Shown piece by piece: positions 56,001 through 64,000 of a DNA stretch of 64,000 nt. Each line of letters starts with the position of its first letter. The stretch's first letter is position 1. The stretch is from contig NMRA01000633.1 of NCBI GenBank assembly GCA_002633005.1, forward strand, positions 37,398-101,397, written 5' to 3'. Source of the DNA: Phoronis australis. Lineage: Eukaryota; Animalia; Phoronida. The position numbers were made by a program, and so were the translations under genes. The notes under the pieces are model-generated. The model ran no database searches. It was given only the letters and a program-made list of their open reading frames with translations, and was not told the DNA's origin.

Positions 56001-59000
56001 CAGGGTAGTTGGACATAGGCGTGGTAGACATGGTGTAACGAGGGATAGGCGATGTGTGAGTCATCAAAGCTGGTGTCAGTCTGCAGTACACAGAGAACAC
56101 ATTGCGACAAATGATGATGAAATCATCCATATCACTTAATAAAATCGTCTGAGTCATATGGAGTCAACTTCCAGTACACAAGCTAACCTTCTGTTATGAG
56201 GCAGAAAATTATCCGATTTTTTTAAATCACTTTTATCCGATTTACTAAACTTGTCACTTTCTATTTTTGAAAAGATGGCCACATTACCAAAATATATCAA
56301 GTGTTGTTTTGCAACTGCTAACGTGGCAAATAAATACATTTTTCCACCATCATGTTTTCTTACCAGATGATATATTACTATCTATGATCTACTTGAAAAG
56401 CCCACGATAAAAGCCTTTGACAGTGTCCTAGTCCTTCTTTTAGGACCTAAATGTTAAGTGATAGCTGTCATCACATGACTAAATGTTAAGTGATAGCTGT
56501 CATCACATGACTAAATGTTAAGTGATAGCTGTCATCACATGACTAAATGTTAAGTGATAGCTGTCATCACATGACTAAATGTCAAGTGATAGCTGTCATC
56601 ACATGACTAAATGTTAACTGATAGCTGTCATCACATGACTAAATGTTAAGTGATAGTTGTCATCACATGACTAAATGTTAAGTGATAGTTGTCATCACAT
56701 GACTAAATGTTAAGTGATAGTTGTCATCACATGACTAAATGTTAAGTGATAGCTGTCATCACACGACTAAATGTTAAGTGATAGTTGTCATCACTTGACT
56801 AAATGTTAAGAGATAGCTGTCATCACATGACTAAATTCACCCCAAAACCCTGTTTACACAAGTGCTGGGATTTAACCCCATAGACGCTCTCAGTCGAAAG
56901 TCAGCTGTTTTCAGATTTCCATGACAACTGACAAAAGGTGTCAATGAAAACAAACCAGTCAAGAAAGCACAGCGTTTTAGACGTCAAGCACAGATGGATG
57001 TGGTTAAAATGTCAATAGAAGTATCTACAAATCAGTTGACTACAACGCTGAACCTAAACACAAATAACTACTGAAAAGGACAGTAGAAAAGGATCAAATT
57101 AAAACAAGGTTGGAAAAACATCTCATGAACTTCAAGAAAAACTAGACGCTAAGCAAAACATGTCTCACCCATTTGTGACTTGATCATAACCAAGTGCCAG
57201 GGCCTGAAAGATAGTGAAAAACACGTTAAAACATTAGGCATAACGGAATACAATGACATTACAACTACACACTATGAACAGTGACCAGACATTACAACTG
57301 CATACTATGAACAGTGACCAGACATTACAACTGCATACTATGAACAGTGACCAGACATTACAACTGCATACTATGAACAGTGACCAGACATTACAACTAC
57401 ACACTATGAACAGTGACCAGACATTACAACTAAAAACTATGAACAGTGACCAGACATTACAACTACATACTATGAACAGTGACCAGACATTACAACTAAA
57501 AACTATGAACAGTGACCAGACACTACAACTACACACTATGAACAGTGACCAGACATTCCAACTACAAACTATGAACAGTGTATATTGGCCCTGTTTGTGC
57601 ATGGCACTGTGGGTACACACACTGCTGAGATACAATACAAGGGAATAACACTGTAATTACCAGCCAATCAATGCTCACTATCAAGATGGCACTGCTACCA
57701 GGTCAGGTCAACTTGAGCTTTGACAAGTTTCAATTTGTATATGTACACAGAGGATAGCACAGAATATTAACTTGTACATGTGCATGCTGAATAGTATAGA
57801 ATGTCAATTTGACATTATTATGAGTTTTCAGCTATGGCAGCATGCATTTTTGAGATTGTCAAGCATGTCATTTGGTCCAAATTTAATACTTCAGTCTGCA
57901 AAGAAAATGCAGCTGACCTGGGACACACAAAACAAGGCCAATATCTTACATAACACACAAGTCTCTGGGGGAAATCGCCATCTTCTTAAGCAGAAGACAA
58001 TATCTCATATCTCACTAGCTTTCATTTATGTGTGACCAGTGTTACTCATTCAAATCAAACATCATTTGTTAAAATTTCAGTGATTTTCTTTTATCTTCGA
58101 TCATACTCACATATCCATGTCACTCACCTTTTCAAAACGAAACCCAAAACAACTCTGAGGAAACATGTACCAAGTTGCAAAACTGCAACAGTAAAATCTC
58201 AGCAATTTGTTTCCATTTTTCAAAAGCATCAAACATTACAGTTGTGAATGAACACAATATCTCACCACATTGTGAATGTGCACAATATCTTACCACATTG
58301 TCTGGTGGTAGCTATGATATACAACTTAAAGTGACATTAAACCTTCAGTGTTTTCTGTAAAAACTTGATTTAGGTTGCTTAAAATTCTAAAATTGGTCTC
58401 AAATTGCTCCCCAGTCAAATTTGAGGGACTTTCAGAAAGTGACACCCTGTTGTTGCTTCAGACCAACCTCATAAACTTTACGAAAGAAATAAGGTACAGA
58501 AAGTTGTTAAACTGAATAAGGAATACGACGAGACCATTTATACAATGGTATGTGGCGTAAATCAAAACCTGTTTTTTTGAAAAAAAGCATGCAGTACTTC
58601 GTTGGTTGTATAAAAAATGAAACAAAATTTCACATGTCTGCCATGGTATGTCCCAAACTGATGAGATTTTACAGTAGTGCAACATCTAAAGTAGCCCTAC
58701 AGGTCATGCTGAGGTCATGCAGAGGTCATGCCAGTGACCCTCAGATCACGCTAAGCATGCCCACTGACCCTTACATCAGGCCGAGCCTCTGTCCACATAC
58801 GGCCCTGGCCATACTGTGTCTTCTTCTTGTTACCGCCATCAGCAAACTTGACCAGCAGACCTTCAGTACCACCTGCAGAATAGGCAGACTCGCGTAACAT
58901 AACAATGGTAGCAGTAATACTGAATGCGGCAATATGTGGTACAATCATCTATTGTAGAATACTAAGAGAGTGATACTGCGACTTTATTTCAAAGTAGTCT

Positions 59001-62000
59001 ACAGGTCAACTGTTTTCAATTTTGTATAAGTAATCATTTCAAGCTAATATTTAGCTTCAACGGAATTGATTAAGTCTTTGTCCACATCAATATGCATTGA
59101 GTTTTCACCTCCCTTCACTTGCATTCTTTTGTTTTCAACAGTTGTGTGTTGCAGGCAATCTTCAATGCAATGCCAATGGTGAAGTCTATTATATCTATTG
59201 TACATGTTGTCTATGTGTTGCAGGCAATCTTCAATGCAATGCCAATGGTGAAGTCTATTATATCTATTGTACATGTTGTCTATGTGGTAAGAGCAAAATC
59301 AGAGGACAGGTGTCACTACCTGCAAAGGATCATTTCAGTAATATTCACCATTATCCAACGGAGGCTTTTGTTCCAGATTACTTGATCTTCTTATAATTAT
59401 TATTGCACTTTGCCTAACAGTAATAATGTGCTGTTTACTTCACACTTGGCTATTACAGAATAAACTTCTTGTCGAGTACTTAGCAAATCAGGGTGATGCA
59501 ATAATTTCTACAAATTATCAGAATAACAGTTACGAGTATATTCAGGGCTTCATCCAGGATTTCGAACATAGGGTGTCCAAAATGGGTTCCCAATATTCCA
59601 GGGCGTCCATGATTCCAACGACGCATTACCCTCCCCCCCCTCCCCNNNNNNNNNNNNNNNNNNNNNNNNAAAAAACTGTTGATAAAGACTTTTATGTTTA
59701 AATTTACGAAAACAGCCAAAAAGCTTACCAAACAGGTATTACAGATATTACAGATATTGGTTGAACGATGAGTGCACTGTTTTTGGTCATCTCAAGTCAA
59801 ATTCTGTTATAAAGTTTATTATATCAACTTCACTAGCTTTATATTCTGTACAATGAGTCATCAAAGCTGCAGTTACCAACAAAAGAAAAATGCACAGATG
59901 ATGTGTGGTTTATATTTTGGCAACAGGTGTCACTGCTGCTCCATTTTAGACGCACATACAAAAGCATGAAACGGGCGAAAACTCAAACATTTTAAATGGG
60001 GATATTCTTGCGGCACATCATATTATTAAAATAATGACATTTATTTCGCTTTTGGTGTTTTCAAAAAAAGATGAAGTAGATGAAACTACAGCTCTGAAAC
60101 ACCAGTTTGGAGTTGAGCAAGGTCCGTGTCCCTATATAAAGTACAGAATTGCGGTGGCACATGAGTCTACTGAAAGCAGACACTCTGGCAACCAAACAGG
60201 TGCTAATGATTGACAGGTCTACCAAATGCTTTGAAAATAGTTTGAACATTGCAACATTTGAAATACATTGTATATTTCTTTCTGAGTTGAAAGGGCCAAC
60301 TTCTCTCTTTGATTAACTGGGAGTCTTAGTAATCTTACAATGTGGGTGTCCAAACTGGAGAAATTCTGATTGACAGGGTGTCCAAATGATACATTGGGCG
60401 TCCTTGCCGGAGTGTCCACATTAGTGCTAGGTGGCAGGACGTACGCTGCATGAAGGCCTGTAATTCCGTAGACAGACTTTCTACTTTGCTGAAGGGAGGC
60501 TCAATTTTTTAACAGTTTTGTACGGTGCATGACAAAATTTCTGAGGAAGGAAAAGAAACCTAATGGGATAGGTGTCCTTAACTCAAGGTAGAGGGTACAA
60601 GTCCTACTGGGGATCCCTGCTAGACCCTTGGGTCAGATCTCTAGCTCCTCAAGCTTGTCTGGTACAACGTGTACCAGGTCACATGCAATTATTTTTTTAA
60701 CACTTCGAGTTTATTATGCAGACAACCTTGGTACTTCAAGAGAGATTAAACATTTAATAATTAGTTCTGCAGAGCACATGACAAAATTTCTGACTTAAGT
60801 AGGACTGTAGTCATTCAGACATAACTGTTTTACCTGGAAGGAACTTGGTGTTCCACTGGTCAATAATCTTCTGACACATTTCCTTTGTCTCCATACGACA
60901 GAAGCCAACACCGCGTGTCTTCCCACTGTGATCACGGAGGATGCGTGTGGATATGACAGAACCAAATGGAATAAACATCTGCTCCAAGTAGCGGTCGTCC
61001 ACGTACTCGGGAAGGTTGGCGACATATATGTTAGTTGGGTCTTGTTCTTGTTGCTACATAGAGAAATATTGAACATGTGAAAGAAGCAACATGAAGCAGG
61101 GGAATTAAATCTACAAACATTTTCACGGCATTCCAGCATCTATTTCATTTTTTATCAACATTTTCTCCCTTTAAACATAGACTGTGAACCAGATACAGGG
61201 TAAAACAAAACCATCATGATACAGGGTAGAACAAAACCATCATGATACAGGGTAAAACAAAACCATCATGATACAGGGTAAAACAAAACCATCATGATAC
61301 AGGGTAGAACAAAACCATCATGATACAGGGTAGAACAAAACCATCATGATACAAGGTAGAACAAAACCATCATGATACAGGGTAGAACAAAACCATCATG
61401 ATACTAAGAAACAACAACTAAATCGAAAGTTGTTACAGAACTGAGGATTCTTCGATTTGCAACTAACATCAATTGTATCAAATGCTTTGCTTAAATCTAA
61501 AAAACGATGCACTTAATTTTGGCTCTAAGGGCTACACCCTGCTATGATCAAATATTGCCAATATTATGAAGGTTATGTAGGACCTTCTCTGTGTAGCCCA
61601 TTATCTGCAAAACCATAGATTGTATCTGAGTAAAAGTACAGTATATATTGTTTTAAGTAGAAACCCTGCACAATTTGGTCTTTGACTTTTTAAGAATCTG
61701 TCACGTGATCAAGCCTTTTTAGGAAACACCGATACAAAAATTTACGGTACAACAATAACAAAACAAAGCAATCCATGAGATGGCAAAGTTGGGTTTCCTA
61801 TAAATATGCTCAAGATGCATTCTAAAAAAATACAAGAGCAATGTGGAGCGTTGAAAAGTGCCCAAGAATGCACCGCAAACGGAGTGAATCTACGATTGTT
61901 TATTTGTTTCGTAAAAGAGCCACTAGAGGGCGAAAAAATGTCTATTACATCAGAAAATGGGAACATGCCATCGCTTCTTTAATAGAAAGCTATTTACCAA

Positions 62001-63444
62001 ATTTCATAAAAATCTGTCAAGGAACTTCAGAGGAACAAAGGAAAACAGAAAAAATGAAGGTCCCACTACGGGACACAGCCTTCATTGGATCAACCTGAAA
62101 GACGTCGTCATCTGTTGTTAGCTTCATATAAATAGCATAAATGAATTTAATAAAGATCCTGCAGTGAGTTTAGGAGATGCAGCTATGAGTGCAAAACAAA
62201 ACAAAACTACCACTACGAGGCGCTACAGTAGTCGCATTCCTTATTGTCAACCGTCCTCTTCACACTTAGAACACATACGCCAATTTTAAAAGTCATCCTC
62301 AGAATGGTTTGGTTGATCGAGGGGTGGACGCCAAAAAACAAGACTTAAAAACAGGAAAAATGGCCGATAGGTGGCGCAAAGTACCTCGATTCCATCCGAA
62401 AGCAGGAGGATAGCATCATCTCACCAGCAAATGCCTATATTCCAAACTTTCTGATAATTCGTTGAGGACCTTTGAAAATACAGAGGTAAGACTAAAAAAT
62501 GAAATTGCCACTAGGGGGCACACTGGTACTCAGATCCATCCAAAATTTGTTGTCATCCATTGTCAACATCACACAAATACACTTGCAGAATTTAGTAAAG
62601 ATCCTGCTAATAGTTTAGGAGATACAGCCATGGGCGCAAAAAGAGACAAAACTGCCACTAGGAGGCGCCACAGTAGTCAAAATCGTCGGAAAATCATCGT
62701 CAATTGTCCTCTTCATAATAAAAACATACATGCCAATTTCCAAAATCATTCTTAGAGCGGTTTTGTTGATAGAGGGGTGGACGCCAAAAAAACAGACTCG
62801 AAAATAGCAAAAATGTCCACTAGGTGGCACAAACTATGTCGAATTCATCTGAAAACAGGCGGATAGCGTCATCTCACTAATAGATGCCTGTATGCCATAT
62901 TTTATGAAAATACGCTGAGGACCTTTGAAAATATAGAGGTAAGCGTAAAAAACTAAAATTGCCACTAGGGGGCACACCAGTATCGCTCCTGCCGCCCATC
63001 CATGATAGGAACATATGTGCATAATTTCATGAACATACGTTATAGGGTTTTGGAGATAGAGCAGCGGACGTCGGATGCCGGACGGACAGATGCCGAACGG
63101 ACGGAGATGACGGCATAATGCGTCCACATATAAATACGTGGGCGCATAAAAATGTCATGTTACCGTAGTCTTGTTGAAGTTTTTGAGATTTTTCATAGCA
63201 TTTCATACATAAGTGCAACATTTTAAAAACAATTCTGAAAGTTTCATGCGAATGCAATTTGCCATTCGGAAGATATGAAGTTCCAAAGTTGGTCAAAATT
63301 GGTCAGTTTTCTATGGTCCTACATAACCTTTAATGCCTTTTCAGACACTCACTTTAGCCATCTGTGCCTGTACCCCTTGAGACTGTAGTGCATGCACTGC
63401 TCTTTCTGCAGCCTGAGGGCTCTCAAAGTCAACAAATCCATAAC
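46960..63444 (-). CDS. RBMS: RBMS/MSSP family (alan shepard-like) double-RRM RNA-binding protein, 3' part; 5' exons lie beyond the window
   Basis: Seven phase-consistent exons give [17 protein letters not shown]...GVQAQMAK|[15 protein letters not shown]...ISTRILRD...RGVGFCRME...|[13 protein letters not shown], the RBMS1/2/3-shep signature. Confidence 0.95.
47308..49523 (-). mobile_element. Full-length HINE element with ~4 internal ~445-bp units
   Basis: Reverse complement of the 35448 copy; unit marker gatacagagg recurs at 47961, 48401, 48848 and ~49292. Confidence 0.85.
49680..50717. repeat. 28-bp satellite (left) and 16-bp satellite (right) flanking a gap
   Basis: gccaagatatggccataatgcattagga; caacgacacatcaaca. 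Confidence 0.9.
52529..53808 (-). mobile_element. HINE element, ~2 units, related subfamily
   Basis: aacaagagcaacgctgagcgttg 3' hairpin end; ccacatataaatatgtgggcgtat 5' end. Confidence 0.85.
54926..55018 (-). CDS. RBMS: RBMS exon ([31 protein letters not shown])
   Basis: Tandem CAGCAG acceptor, gtaggc donor; resembles RBMS 'LAQQMSHLSL'. Confidence 0.85.
55048..55221. repeat. 42-bp tandem repeat x4 just upstream (minus sense) of an RBMS acceptor
   Basis: caaataacatataacaagaagtagttatagcaatgt. Confidence 0.85.
55936..56080 (-). CDS. RBMS: RBMS exon ([48 protein letters not shown])
   Basis: ctgcag acceptor, gtaagc donor; resembles RBMS 'PVSAYQVQSPSW'. Confidence 0.85.
56447..56836. repeat. 32-bp minisatellite x12
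   Basis: ctaaatgttaagtgatagctgtcatcacatga. Confidence 0.95.
57169..57203 (-). CDS. RBMS: RBMS 35-nt small exon ([12 protein letters not shown])
   Basis: ctttcag acceptor, gtgaga donor; supplies the needed phase 0 to 2 change; resembles RBMS 'LTYDP..QNG'. Confidence 0.75.
57255..57580. repeat. 33-bp minisatellite x10 next to the RBMS small exon
   Basis: gacattacaactgcatactatgaacagtgacca. Confidence 0.95.
58775..58872 (-). CDS. RBMS: RBMS exon ([32 protein letters not shown])
   Basis: LL.KFADGG.KK conserved; gtaagg donor. Confidence 0.95.
59543..60460. mobile_element. hAT-like non-autonomous element containing a short gap
   Basis: cagggcttcatccag / ctgcatgaaggcctg termini; repeated gggtgtcca subterminal motifs. 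Confidence 0.5.
60834..61053 (-). CDS. RBMS: RBMS exon: RRM2 ([17 protein letters not shown]...KFLP)
   Basis: Overlaps ORF 60811-61002; phase 0-1. Confidence 0.96.
61192..61404. repeat. 26-bp minisatellite x8
   Basis: gatacagggtagaacaaaaccatcat. Confidence 0.95.
61570..63329. mobile_element. Non-autonomous Kolobok-like DNA element
   Basis: TIRs aggttatgtaggacc / ggtcctacataacct; TTAA on the right, degenerate (atga) on the left. Confidence 0.55.
61832..63150 (-). mobile_element. HINE element, ~2 units, nested in a Kolobok-like element
   Basis: Same termini and internal units as the other copies. Confidence 0.85.
63353..63444 (-). CDS. RBMS: RBMS exon: RRM1 RNP1 and C-terminal half ([30 protein letters not shown])
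   Basis: ctgcag acceptor and gtgagt donor on minus. Confidence 0.95.
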
Positions 63445-64000
63445 CTGCAGCAAACACAAAGGTTGTCTTAACACAACTATTCTAATGCCATCATCATCTT
63501 ATAAATTGCTACTTTAAGCAATTACACCAATTAACATACATCCTATAGTTTAAGTTATACAGTCCAAGTGCCTTGCTACAATCTGTGATAGTTAGTCACA
63601 TCTACGGCAACTTGCACCAGCGAATATTGGTCAATGTTTGTTGGAAATTAGTTGTAGCTCCATCCTGCCCTGTTTATCTTGCTAATAAAATCAAAATTGG
63701 GCATTTTACTCTAAGATAACAGTATCATATTATTGCTTACATTGATAGAATTCCATGTAACATTTTGCAAAGAAAATAGAATCCCATCAAGGCGGGGAAT
63801 ACTACGAGACTGGTTTTATGAGAGTAAAAAGAAAAAATCCATATTAGCTTTTTTTATTTTTTAGCCACCTGAAAAGGCCAAAATGAAGCTTGAACATCGA
63901 TTATTCACAAAATTACTTCACAGTAGTTTTTCATAAAAACCCACTCAGCCCAAATTAGGTCAAGCAGCAATCACCCTCTTCAAACTGAAATTAACAAAGT

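Noticed and set aside
56447-56836. CRISPR-like ~32-bp partly palindromic repeats (also 8090 and 43588)
   Set aside because: Head-to-tail with no unique spacers, in a eukaryotic intron/UTR context with no cas genes.

Overview
Eukaryotic, AT-rich, intron-rich animal DNA, probably a marine invertebrate such as a mollusc (inferred, not provable here), with four N-gaps and two single-n joins. Two genes converge tail-to-tail. On +, a near-complete NEK10 (ARM repeats + NIMA kinase) has 25 coding exons reconstructed by hand with consistent phases (3645-38759); the 5' part of exon 6 is lost at the 'n' at 8884. On -, the 3' part of an RBMS/alan shepard (shep) double-RRM gene has 7 exons (63444 to 46960) and continues past the window end. 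The introns hold about 30 minisatellites, six Helentron-type non-autonomous (HINE/DINE-1-like) elements, a Penelope-like insertion with an inverted end and degenerate hammerhead motifs, a THAP/Kolobok-like remnant, several MITEs and tRNA-derived SINE heads. Most notable: (1) at least seven NEK10 splice junctions are themselves the unit of local tandem duplications, giving arrays of decoy donors/acceptors; (2) the HINE elements are higher-order arrays of ~149-bp monomers, each carrying a CTCF-like motif, and all six lie sense to their host gene; (3) a near-palindromic RFX X-box sits at the first coding donor of the ciliary kinase gene. Most ORFs in the supplied track are repeat or gap artefacts.
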